This document shows, in pieces, positions 38,083 through 47,099 of a stretch of DNA of 64,000 nucleotides; the stretch's first letter is position 1; each line of letters opens with the position of its first letter. A program made the position numbers and the translations under genes. The stretch covers positions 1,331-65,330 of the forward strand of contig JBEKCT010000002.1 of the NCBI GenBank assembly GCA_050014715.1. The letters run 5' to 3'. The notes beneath the pieces are model-generated. The model had not been told where the DNA came from and ran no database searches. It saw nothing but the letters and a program-made list of their open reading frames with translations. The DNA is from Anaerolineales bacterium. GTDB taxonomy: Bacteria > Chloroflexota > Anaerolineae > Anaerolineales > Villigracilaceae.

Positions 38083-39606
38083 ATGAACTTGATCGGTCTG
38101 GATATCGGCACGACCGGGTGCAAAGCTTCGTTGTTTGCTGACGACGGCCAGCTGTTAGGCAGCGCCAGCCGGGAATACCCGGTGGATATCCCCCAGCCTG
38201 GTTGGGCCGAGCAGGATGCTGAACGGGTCTGGTGCCTGGCGCAGGAAGCCCTGCGCCAGGCGCTGGCTGCGGCAGGCGTCAGCCGGGTCGAAGCGTTGGG
38301 GCTGTCAGTGCAGGGCGAAGCGGTCTTGCCGGTTGATGCGGATGGACTGGCTCTCCGTCCGGCCATCTTGGGCATGGACACCCGCACCGGCGATCAAAAT
38401 AAATGGTTATCCGAGCGCGTTGGCGCGAAGTATCTGTTTCGTCACACGGGCATGCCAGTTCACACAATCAATACGCTGCCCAAGCTGCTCTGGTTGAAAC
38501 AAAATGAGCCGGAGGTCTGGAAGCAGGCCACCCATTTCCGCCTTTATGAAGATTTCTTGATCCAAAAGATGACTAGCAAGGCTTTGATCAGCCGCTGCCT
38601 GGCATCCCGCACCCAGTTATTCGACCTGTCGGCGGATGATTGGTCGGATAGGATTTTGCAGGCCATCCAACTGGATCGGAGGCGGCTCTCCACCGTCAGT
38701 CCCTCGGGCGTGGCCGCAGGTGAAATGCTGCAGGAGCTGGCGGAAGGGCTGGGTTTGAAAAACCGCCCCCTGGTGGTTACCGGCGGTCACGACCAGGCGT
38801 GCGGCGCCCTGGGCTGCGGATTGACGCGACCTGGCCTGTCGATGGTATCGACTGGAACGGCGGAGGTAATGGAAGTCGCGCTGGCAACTCCGGTTCTCAC
38901 TCCCTCCCTCGAGCGGAGGAACATCTCTGTCTATGCCCATGTCGTACCCGGGCTTTACTTGGCGATGGCCTTGAACCACAGTGGCGGACTGGTGCTTCGC
39001 TGGTTCCGCGATACGTTTTGCGAGGAAGAAATGCGCACGGCAGAAGCGAGCCATCAGGACCCATATGATCTGATTTTCGAGGGTGCTGACCGGGACCCAT
39101 CTCCGCTCCTACTCCTGCCCCATTTTGCGGGGAGCGGGACACCCGATTTCGATACCCAGTCCAAAGGGGCGTTGATCGGGTTGACCTTTGCAACGACCAA
39201 GCAGGATATTGCCAAGGCGATATTGGAAGGATTGACGTTCGAGCTGCGCTGCAACCTGGAGGTGTTTAAAGCCGGTCATATCGATATCCAGGAGCTGCGC
39301 GCAATCGGCGGAGGGGCCCGGTCAAAGCTGTGGCTGCAGATCAAGGCTGACGTAACCGGCATCCCTGTTCGGGTGCCGAAGATTACTGAAAGCGCCTCCT
39401 GGGGCGCCGCGATTCTAGGCGGGGTGGCAGCAGGTTGTTTCGCGAGCATCCTGGAAGGGGCTGAGCGGTCTTTACAGTTTGAGGCTGTGGTAGCACCCGA
39501 TCCTCACCAGCAAGCACGGTACGAACCCCGCTACCATCTCTACCGAAGTCTGTACCCACTCTTAAAACCGGTCCTCCACGAGGTCGGTGAGGTGAAAAGA
39601 ATGTAA
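38083..39606 (+). CDS. FGGY-family carbohydrate kinase (xylulokinase-like)
   Basis: 507 aa. It has the LIGLDIGTTGCKA phosphate-1 motif, GGHDQACGALG, and IGGGARSKLWLQIKADV. Confidence 0.9.
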   Translation: MNLIGLDIGTTGCKASLFADDGQLLGSASREYPVDIPQPGWAEQDAERVWCLAQEALRQALAAAGVSRVEALGLSVQGEAVLPVDADGLALRPAILGMDTRTGDQNKWLSERVGAKYLFRHTGMPVHTINTLPKLLWLKQNEPEVWKQATHFRLYEDFLIQKMTSKALISRCLASRTQLFDLSADDWSDRILQAIQLDRRRLSTVSPSGVAAGEMLQELAEGLGLKNRPLVVTGGHDQACGALGCGLTRPGLSMVSTGTAEVMEVALATPVLTPSLERRNISVYAHVVPGLYLAMALNHSGGLVLRWFRDTFCEEEMRTAEASHQDPYDLIFEGADRDPSPLLLLPHFAGSGTPDFDTQSKGALIGLTFATTKQDIAKAILEGLTFELRCNLEVFKAGHIDIQELRAIGGGARSKLWLQIKADVTGIPVRVPKITESASWGAAILGGVAAGCFASILEGAERSLQFEAVVAPDPHQQARYEPRYHLYRSLYPLLKPVLHEVGEVKRM

Positions 39607-39729
39607 GAAAAAAATTATCTTGAAAAGGGTCAGCAGGATGCAGAGTGGGCTGAATCGGCTGATCAGCGAAATGCCGTTACGGACACGGTGGAAAATTGGA
39701 CCGCATATTAAAAACTTGATGTTTGTCTA

Positions 39730-39757
39730 TTGACACGAGTAAATTATTGTCTATAAT
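39730..39757 (+). promoter_or_regulatory. sigma70-type promoter (TTGACA-16-TATAAT) upstream of the ABC-transporter block
   Basis: TTGACA at 39730-39735 and TATAAT at 39752-39757. ACACGAGTAAATT overlaps the -35 box (39733-39745), and the variant ACATCAGTAAATT lies at 39766-39778. Confidence 0.5.
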
Positions 39758-40172
39758 TAAAAATGACATCAGTAAATTCTTTTGTCCCTCGCGATAAGAA
39801 ATGTGCAAAAGTGAACATTTCTGCAATTATTGCTCACTCGAAAGCTCAATGACTTTTCTGTTTTGGAGCCTAATGAATAATCAGCCTTAGTCGATTTTAC
39901 TGAGACGTTTGCCAGGAGAAATTCCTCCACTTCCGATTGCGGTTTTGTGTATCTGGATCGATAAAGTGCCTGCAATCATCTTACCTCTATTAGCGGACGT
40001 GTAATCTGTGAAAGCCAATAGCTCGCCTGTAAACGAACAAAGGCGGCTGAGCTTGAGAGGAGGTGCGCGAGAGAGAAAAGAAAACAAACCTGTAGTTGCT
40101 GTTCGTTCCAAAACCATGGTTCGTGTTTTGTATCTGTAGGATCCATAAAAATCAATAAGAAGGAGAATAGTT

Positions 40173-41309
40173 ATGAAAACCCGAATATTGCTTGTATCTT
40201 TAATCGTGGCGGCGTCCATGATCCTGAGTGCCTGCGGATCAACCCCCACGGCTGCGCCTGCTACGGTTGCGCCTGCTGGTCCAACCGCTACGCCGCAGAT
40301 TATCATCCAGACCCAGGTGGTCATGGAGACCGCTGTTCCATCGAAGAAAAGTGTGGTCATCGGTTATGCCGCCCCAGGCCTGGTCGGTGGGCAAATTAAC
40401 ATCCAGGAGACCCTGCTCCGCTACGCTCAGAATAAGGGCTGGCAGGTGTCCGTTACCAACTCGAATGGCGATGCCCAGAAGCAAAATGATGATATTGACT
40501 ATTTGATCTCCCAGGGCGTCAGTGCGATCGTGGCCGTCCCTCAGGACAGCGCCGCGATTTGCGCCGGTGCTGCCAAGGCTAAGGCGGCCAATATCCCCTT
40601 CTATACCATTGACCGCGCTCCGTCTGGCTGCGCCATCAATATGACTATCGAATCCGATAACACCCTCGCCGGGAAGCAGGCTGGGCAGGCAATGGTTGAC
40701 GCCCTCAAGGTGAAAAACGGCTCCGAAAAGGGTATTGTGCTGGAGATCACCGGCGATCTGGGCCAAGATGTGGGCCAGAAACGCCGCGATGGCTTCCACA
40801 GTGTCGTGGATACGTTCCCGAACATCAAAGTCATCCAGAAGGTCGGTAACTGGGATGCCGCGACAGGCGCCACGGCCGTTCGCGACGTTTTGACCGCGAA
40901 CCCCACCCTGGACGGCATCTACATGGCCTCCGACGCCGTGTATATCTCCGGCACCATGGCTGAACTCAAGGCGGCCAATAAGCTCTTCAAGGTCGGCCAA
41001 CCGGGCCATGTCATCCTGACTTCCGTCGACGGCTCTCCGGCTGGTGTCCAGGCCATCAAGGATGGCTGGGGGGACGAATCCTCCAACCAACCCATCCCGG
41101 ATTTCGGGCTGATCGTGAACTTCATCGATCAGGAATTGGGTGGTAAGCCGGTCCAGGAAGGCGCATTCACCCAGGCTGGCGCCCTCTGGTCACCTGCCCA
41201 GATCGTAAAAAACTCTGACGGCACCCCTACCTGCCTGTTAGCCACTACCGCTGTCACAGCCGCCAATGACACCGATCCCGGTCTGTGGGCGAACTACGTA
41301 GTGAAATAA
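40173..41309 (+). CDS. sugar ABC transporter substrate-binding lipoprotein (CUT2/RbsB-like, PBP type I)
   Basis: 378 aa, with AAGGAG SD. It has a signal peptide with the lipobox ILSAC|G, a Thr/Pro/Ala linker, and then a periplasmic-binding-protein fold. Confidence 0.88.
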   Translation: MKTRILLVSLIVAASMILSACGSTPTAAPATVAPAGPTATPQIIIQTQVVMETAVPSKKSVVIGYAAPGLVGGQINIQETLLRYAQNKGWQVSVTNSNGDAQKQNDDIDYLISQGVSAIVAVPQDSAAICAGAAKAKAANIPFYTIDRAPSGCAINMTIESDNTLAGKQAGQAMVDALKVKNGSEKGIVLEITGDLGQDVGQKRRDGFHSVVDTFPNIKVIQKVGNWDAATGATAVRDVLTANPTLDGIYMASDAVYISGTMAELKAANKLFKVGQPGHVILTSVDGSPAGVQAIKDGWGDESSNQPIPDFGLIVNFIDQELGGKPVQEGAFTQAGALWSPAQIVKNSDGTPTCLLATTAVTAANDTDPGLWANYVVK

Positions 41310-41348
41310 ACTACTGTTCTCCAAAGATCGGTAATTAGTTTGTAATGT

Positions 41349-41388
41349 CCTGCCCCGTGTTCTTTGAGCCCTTTAGCACGGGGCAGGA
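41349..41388 (+). terminator. 11-bp GC hairpin after the binding-protein gene (attenuator/partial terminator)
   Basis: CCTGCCCCGTG (41349-41359) pairs with CACGGGGCAGG (41378-41388). The T-run is displaced 8 nt downstream. This is the usual position for differential expression of an SBP. Confidence 0.4.
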
Positions 41389-41442
41389 TCCAAAATTTTC
41401 CCGATTATCAACGGGCTTATACTTTAAAGAAGAGCGGAGCTT

Positions 41443-42963
41443 ATGATAGCAACGGATAGCTCACCTGTAATTCAAATGCAAGATATTGTAAAAACCTTCC
41501 CTGGGGTGCGCGCTCTGGACCACGTCAATTTTGAATTGAAACGCGGCGAGTTGCGATCCCTGGTGGGTAAAAATGGCGCAGGGAAGAGCACCCTGATGAA
41601 CGTCCTGACAGGTATCTACCAACCGGATCAGGGCAAGATCTTCATCAACGGGGAACTCATTCACCCGATGACGACCGAGCGGTCCAGGCAACTGGGGATC
41701 GCTTACGTTCACCAGCAATCTCAACTCATCCCTGCTCTTTCCATAGCAGAGAACATCTTTTTAGGCAGTCCGCTTACCCGCAGTGGCGGGTTTGTGGATT
41801 GGAAACGGCTGATTTCGGAAGCTACCAAACAGTTGCACACACTCGGTCTGGAGATTGATGCCGAACGAAAGATAGAAGACCTGACCGTTGCGGAAAAACA
41901 AATTATCGAAATTGCCAAAGCCTTGTTTGCAAACGCCCATACGATTATCCTGGACGAGGCGACGGCTCCCCTGCCCAAAGAAGAGGTCAATATGTTATTT
42001 GACTTCGTGCGCCGGCAGAGCGAGCAGGGCGTGGCATTCGTTTACATTTCCCACTACCTCGAAGAGGTATTCGAGCTGTGCCAGGTGGTCACGGTGATGC
42101 GCGATGGCCAGATCATCGGTGAAAACCAAGTCTGCGATCTTGACCAGTCGGAATTGATTCGCCTGATCAGTGGAACACAGGTGGAGCAGTTCCACCGCGA
42201 ATCGCATAACACACAGCGGAAACCAGTTCTGGAGATTAAGGGCCTGACCCGTCCCGGGTTCTATAGGGATATCCATCTGACGGTTTGTGAGGGCGAGGTG
42301 GTCGGCCTGACCGGGCTGGAGGGATGTGGTAAAGGCAACCTGGCGCGTGGTGTATATTCGCTCGAGCCGCGCGGGAATGGCGAAGTTTTATTGGCTGGCC
42401 AACCGTTTTCTCCCACCGGGCCCGAAAGCGCGCTTAATGCTGGCGTGGCTTACCTTCCCCGCGACCGGCATGGGATGGGCCTTATAGGGATGCGGCCGGT
42501 TGGGGAAAATGTTACCCTTTCTATCCTCAGGCGGTTATGCAACCGATTTGGTTTACTGGACCCCGGTAAAGAACGCAGACATATCAGTTACTTTATCAAA
42601 AAGTTAGGCATCATGACCCCTTCGGTCAATCAGCCGGTGGAGTTCTTGAGCGGCGGCAACCAGCAGAAAGTTGTGTTCGCCAAGCTGGCATCCACCGAGC
42701 CCAAAGTCCTTTTTCTGGATGAGCCCACCCAGGGTGTTGACGTCCAGGCCAAGGTCGAGATCATGAGGATCATCGACCAGCTGGCTGGCCAAGGAGTGGC
42801 GGTTATCTATATTTCCGAAGAAATTCGTGAGCTGCTGGATGTGTGTGATCGCATCCTGGTCATGTATAACGGCGAAATCTCCTCGGAATTCAAGCCTGGT
42901 GACCCGAACTACAACGCTCACCAGATCCTCGGTGCCGTGGAAGGAGAGCGGGTGACCCTATGA
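41443..42963 (+). CDS. sugar ABC transporter ATP-binding protein (duplicated ATPase, RbsA-like)
   Basis: 506 aa. It has Walker A GKNGAGKST, the signatures in LTVAEKQIIEIAKAL and LSGGNQQKV, and two NBDs in one chain. Confidence 0.92.
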   Translation: MIATDSSPVIQMQDIVKTFPGVRALDHVNFELKRGELRSLVGKNGAGKSTLMNVLTGIYQPDQGKIFINGELIHPMTTERSRQLGIAYVHQQSQLIPALSIAENIFLGSPLTRSGGFVDWKRLISEATKQLHTLGLEIDAERKIEDLTVAEKQIIEIAKALFANAHTIILDEATAPLPKEEVNMLFDFVRRQSEQGVAFVYISHYLEEVFELCQVVTVMRDGQIIGENQVCDLDQSELIRLISGTQVEQFHRESHNTQRKPVLEIKGLTRPGFYRDIHLTVCEGEVVGLTGLEGCGKGNLARGVYSLEPRGNGEVLLAGQPFSPTGPESALNAGVAYLPRDRHGMGLIGMRPVGENVTLSILRRLCNRFGLLDPGKERRHISYFIKKLGIMTPSVNQPVEFLSGGNQQKVVFAKLASTEPKVLFLDEPTQGVDVQAKVEIMRIIDQLAGQGVAVIYISEEIRELLDVCDRILVMYNGEISSEFKPGDPNYNAHQILGAVEGERVTL

Positions 42964-44000
42964 ACAGTCGAAAAATCATATTATGGGTTTTGAATAACTT
43001 GATTTGGTTCTTATTATTGTTGACGGTCATTTTCTTTGCGCTGATATCGAAACACTTCCTGACCCGCATCAACCTGACGAACATCGTTATCCATGCTGCC
43101 GTAATCGGCCTTTTGGTGGTCGGCCAGGTGTTTACGCTGGTTACCGGGAACTTTGACCTATCCTCGGAGGCAACGCTGGGATTAACTGCGCTCATCGCCG
43201 CCTGGCTGATGCTCCCCAAGGGGGCACCGACTTTTGGTGGGGGAATCCTGTTCAGCGTCTATCTGGCCGTTCCGATCATGCTCCTTATCGGGGTGTTGAT
43301 CGGCTTGATCAATGGGCTGCTGATTACCCGCCTTAAAGCAAATGCCTTTATTGTGACCCTGACCATGCAACTGATCATCCGCGGGGTCATGATGCCAATC
43401 ACCGCGGGCAATACCATGGCCCGACTTCCGGCTGATTTTAAGTTCCTGGGTAATAACTCGCTCGGCCCTATCCCGATTTCAGTGATCGTCCTGGTCGTGG
43501 CGTTCGCAATCGGCCATATTATTTTGCAATACCGGCCTTTTGGCCGCAGTTTATTTGCGGTCGGCGGGAATAAGACTGCAGCCCTGGCGGCGGGTATTAA
43601 CCCCGACAGGCGCATCCTCCAAGTCTATGTAATCAGTGGTCTTATGGCAGCTATCGCCGGGTGGCTGATGGCAGGCCGAACGGGTGTGATTGTCCAGAAT
43701 ATGGGCCAGGGTTACATCTTTGAGGTGATGGCGGCCTCGGTTATCGGTGGGATCAGCCTGAACGGGGGGCGCGGTACAATGGTGGGTGCATTCGGCGGGG
43801 TGCTTCTCCTCTCGACAATTGAATCCGGGTTGAGCCTTATGCGGATCTCAACATTCTGGATTGAAATCGCGAGTGGTCTGATTATCCTGATCGCCATGCT
43901 CATTGATGCCCAGAAAGTCCGCTTCACCTCCTCTCAGGCAGCCCCCCTGGCCAAAATTAGTGCCAAAGCCACGGCCTCCGAGTCTGCTGGGAACGATTGA
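42960..44000 (+). CDS. sugar ABC transporter permease (RbsC-like)
   Basis: 346 aa, polytopic and hydrophobic. It has the FGRSLFAVGGN motif. Its start overlaps the ATPase stop (ATGA). Confidence 0.9.
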   Translation: MNSRKIILWVLNNLIWFLLLLTVIFFALISKHFLTRINLTNIVIHAAVIGLLVVGQVFTLVTGNFDLSSEATLGLTALIAAWLMLPKGAPTFGGGILFSVYLAVPIMLLIGVLIGLINGLLITRLKANAFIVTLTMQLIIRGVMMPITAGNTMARLPADFKFLGNNSLGPIPISVIVLVVAFAIGHIILQYRPFGRSLFAVGGNKTAALAAGINPDRRILQVYVISGLMAAIAGWLMAGRTGVIVQNMGQGYIFEVMAASVIGGISLNGGRGTMVGAFGGVLLLSTIESGLSLMRISTFWIEIASGLIILIAMLIDAQKVRFTSSQAAPLAKISAKATASESAGND

Positions 44001-44068
44001 GCGGTATCCATTCGGCCGACTGGTGGAATCTCTTTTTTCATTTTTAATATAGAAAGGTTGGACACTCC

Positions 44069-45106
44069 ATGGATGTGCGCAAATATGTTCCGGCGGTGCT
44101 AGATAACCTGATCTGGGTTCTCCTGATAGGTGTGATCATCCTATTTTCTACCCAGAACTCAGCTTATCTGTCACCATTGAACTTTCTCAATATTCTATTT
44201 TCAGCAGCGGTATTGGGACTGATGGTTATCGGAGAAACTTTTGTCCTGATTACCGGGAATATAGACCTATCGGTCGAATCGACCGTTGCTCTGTGCGCTT
44301 TGCTCGGAGCCTGGTTAACGGTGCGCCTAGGACCTCCGGATAATGGTTTGGGGATCCAGATGAACCCTTTCCTAGCCATTGCGGCCCTGCTTGCTGCCGG
44401 CGCTTTCGTGGGTTGGTTCAACGGGTTCCTGATTACGCGCATGAAGATGAATGATTGGGTGGTCACGCTCGCCATGCTGATTGCACTGCGGGGATTGATG
44501 CACTTGCTTCCGGCTGGGAACACGGTTTACAACACGACCATGCCCTACAATTTTCTTGGCCAATCGAGGATTGGGCCGATCCCCTTACCTGTGATCGTCA
44601 TCATCGTGGCATTCGCCGCAGCCTTTATTGTTCTGAAATATACTCCCTTCGGGCGGAGCCTGTACGCGATCGGAGGTAACCGGATGGCCGCAAGGGCCTC
44701 GGGGATCAACCCCGAGCGGCGCATACGCCAGGTTTACCTGATCTCGGGGATCCTGTCGGCGGTTGCGGGCTGGATGCTGGGCGCCCGGATCACTGCCGTA
44801 CCCCCGAACCTGGCGAGTGGCTATGTATTCGATGTGATGGCCGCCTCCGTGATTGGCGGGATTAGCCTGCAAGGGGGGCGTGGCTCGATGCTGGGCTCCT
44901 TTGGAGGGGTGCTGCTGCTGGCTGCGATCAGCTCAGGCCTAAACCTGACAGATGTGAACGCTTTCTGGATAGATCCGATCCGCGGCGGCGTTATCCTTTT
45001 GGCTATGCTGATCGATGCCCAGAAAGTTCGCTACCGGGCGCCGGTGGTGAAATCTGCCCCCACGCCTGCGTCGGCTTCTCCAGGAGCGCCTCCTACATCA
45101 GGCTAA
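44069..45106 (+). CDS. sugar ABC transporter permease (RbsC-like), second copy
   Basis: 345 aa, polytopic. It has FGRSLYAIGGN and is paralogous to the preceding permease. Confidence 0.9.
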   Translation: MDVRKYVPAVLDNLIWVLLIGVIILFSTQNSAYLSPLNFLNILFSAAVLGLMVIGETFVLITGNIDLSVESTVALCALLGAWLTVRLGPPDNGLGIQMNPFLAIAALLAAGAFVGWFNGFLITRMKMNDWVVTLAMLIALRGLMHLLPAGNTVYNTTMPYNFLGQSRIGPIPLPVIVIIVAFAAAFIVLKYTPFGRSLYAIGGNRMAARASGINPERRIRQVYLISGILSAVAGWMLGARITAVPPNLASGYVFDVMAASVIGGISLQGGRGSMLGSFGGVLLLAAISSGLNLTDVNAFWIDPIRGGVILLAMLIDAQKVRYRAPVVKSAPTPASASPGAPPTSG

Positions 45107-45152
45107 GCTTCGACCGATAGCATTACTTGAGACGTCGTGCGAACCGTAGGAA

Positions 45153-45226
45153 GGAGTTGGGGAAGGCAAACCGTCGATCTGTAGAACTTGGCCGAGCCCG
45201 GATATTCATGCCCAACTCCTTTTTTT
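45153..45226 (+). terminator. long-loop hairpin followed by T7 (possible terminator or structured RNA)
   Basis: GGAGTTGGG (45153-45161) pairs with CCCAACTCC (45211-45219) and is followed by TTTTTTT (45220-45226). The loop is about 49 nt, which is atypical. Confidence 0.3.
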
Positions 45227-45284
45227 ACCCTGGCAATGCTCTCGTTCTTAGCCTCACCCCTTCACCAGAAAACAAAGAGGCCTC

Positions 45285-46256
45285 ATGAACGCTTCTCCAT
45301 CCACAATTCAAGAACAGCGGGTGGCCTTGGGAGATGCCCTTGTTCACCTGGGAGGAGAATTCTCCAACCTGGTGGTGCTCTCCCCGGATGTATCCATATC
45401 TACCCGGGCTATCAAGTTTAAAGCTGCTTTCCCTGATCGATTCATTTGCACCGGCATCTCGGAGCAGAACACAATTGGAATGGCAGCGGGTCTCTCGACC
45501 ATGGGCTGGGTACCGGTCGTCGTCGGATACGCGATGTTCGTAGGCGGGAAAGCCTGGGAACCCACGCGCAACTCGATCGCCTACCCTCACTTGAATGTAA
45601 AGATCGTTGCGACGCATGGAGGAATCGGGGTGGGCCCGGATGGTGTGACGCACCAGGCGATCGAAGACTTGGCATTGATGCGATCGATCCCTGGAATGAT
45701 CGTCCTGACACCGATGGACGCCAACCAGGTAGAACCGGCGCTGAGAGCAGCCCTGACGACCCAAGGGCCGGTTTATATCCGGCTGGAACGGGCAGCGATG
45801 CCGATTCTTTCCGAAACGGGGGCACCCTATCTGATCGGTGGATCCATCCGGCTGCGCGAAGGCCGGGATGCCACGGTCCTGGCCATTGGTGGGATGTCTG
45901 CTGCGGCGGTTGAGGCGGCGGATGCACTTGTACAGGAGGGTATCCACATCCGCGTGGTGAGTATGCTTTCGGTCAAACCACTCGATGAAGCGGCAATCGT
46001 CGCCGCTGCACACGATACAGGCGCTATCGTCACCGCTGAAGACCATAATCGCCTTGGCGGGCTGGGCGGAGCTGTAGCCGAGACGCTGGCCCGCTTGGCC
46101 CCCGCACCCATGGAGCAGATTGCCGTAGAAGATACCTTCGCTGAAAGCGGTTCCGTCAAAGCGCTTTACACGAAATACCACCTGACCTCCAGTGATATCG
46201 CCAGTGCAGTGAAAAAAGCGATCTCCAGAAGCCAGGCGACCACCAAGGGTCTTTAA
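45285..46256 (+). CDS. transketolase, C-terminal (pyrimidine-binding) subunit
   Basis: 323 aa. Motifs seen are FICTGISEQNTIGMAAGL, HGGIGVGPDGVTHQAIEDLALMRSIP, and a C-terminal regulatory-like domain. Confidence 0.9.
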   Translation: MNASPSTIQEQRVALGDALVHLGGEFSNLVVLSPDVSISTRAIKFKAAFPDRFICTGISEQNTIGMAAGLSTMGWVPVVVGYAMFVGGKAWEPTRNSIAYPHLNVKIVATHGGIGVGPDGVTHQAIEDLALMRSIPGMIVLTPMDANQVEPALRAALTTQGPVYIRLERAAMPILSETGAPYLIGGSIRLREGRDATVLAIGGMSAAAVEAADALVQEGIHIRVVSMLSVKPLDEAAIVAAAHDTGAIVTAEDHNRLGGLGGAVAETLARLAPAPMEQIAVEDTFAESGSVKALYTKYHLTSSDIASAVKKAISRSQATTKGL

Positions 46257-47096
46257 ATGGTAAACGCCGCATCACAAATTGACCTTCCCAAGATTGTGCT
46301 GCTGACCGAACGGGCGCGCTGTATGCGCTGCGACATCATCCGCATGACTAGCGCCGCCGGCAGCGGCCACCCGGGACCATCCTTCTCGCCGGTGGAGTTC
46401 CTCTCGGCCCTCTATTTTTCGGAAATGCGCATCGACCCTGTCAATCCGAGCTGGCCTGAACGGGACCGGTTTGTGTTGTCCAAAGGGCATGCCGCACCGG
46501 TTCTGTACGCTGCGCTACACGAGGCAGGTTATTTCTCCGACGAAGTGATGCTCTCCCTGCGCCAGGTAGGCAGCCTGCTGCAAGGCCATCCGACCGTGAA
46601 GACCCCTGGCGTGGATGCGACAACGGGCTCGCTGGGGCTCGGTCTTTCCCAAGTGGTCGGTATGGCGCTGGGCGCCCGCATGCGCGGGGCCAACAGCCGG
46701 GTCTATGCCGTCATCGGAGATGGTGAATGTGATGAGGGCCAGATCTGGGAGGCCGCCCTGGCAGCGGCCCATTTCCACCTGGGCAACCTGGCCGTATTCC
46801 TCGACCATAACGGCTACCAGTTCGACGGGCCGGTAAGCCAGGTAATGGGCCTCGAACCCCTGGCCGATAAATGGCGCGCATTTGGTTGGCGGGTTGAAGA
46901 GATCAATGGCCATTCGTTCGAGGACATCCTCGGCTTTCTCGAGCGTTCGCGCGCCTTCCCGGACCAGCCCTCGATGGCGGTCGCCCGTACGATAAAAGGG
47001 TACGGGGTGTCTTTTATGGCTGGAAGCCAGGAATACCATGCCCGATCGCTGACCCCCGAAGAGACGCAGCGGGCACTCGCCGAATTGGAGTGCTAA
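46257..47096 (+). CDS. transketolase, N-terminal (TPP-binding) subunit
   Basis: 279 aa. Motifs seen are SGHPGPSFS, LSKGHAAPVLYA, GSLGLGLS and GDGECDEGQIWEA. Its ATG immediately follows the TAA of the previous gene. Confidence 0.9.
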   Translation: MVNAASQIDLPKIVLLTERARCMRCDIIRMTSAAGSGHPGPSFSPVEFLSALYFSEMRIDPVNPSWPERDRFVLSKGHAAPVLYAALHEAGYFSDEVMLSLRQVGSLLQGHPTVKTPGVDATTGSLGLGLSQVVGMALGARMRGANSRVYAVIGDGECDEGQIWEAALAAAHFHLGNLAVFLDHNGYQFDGPVSQVMGLEPLADKWRAFGWRVEEINGHSFEDILGFLERSRAFPDQPSMAVARTIKGYGVSFMAGSQEYHARSLTPEETQRALAELEC

Positions 47097-47099
47097 ACG

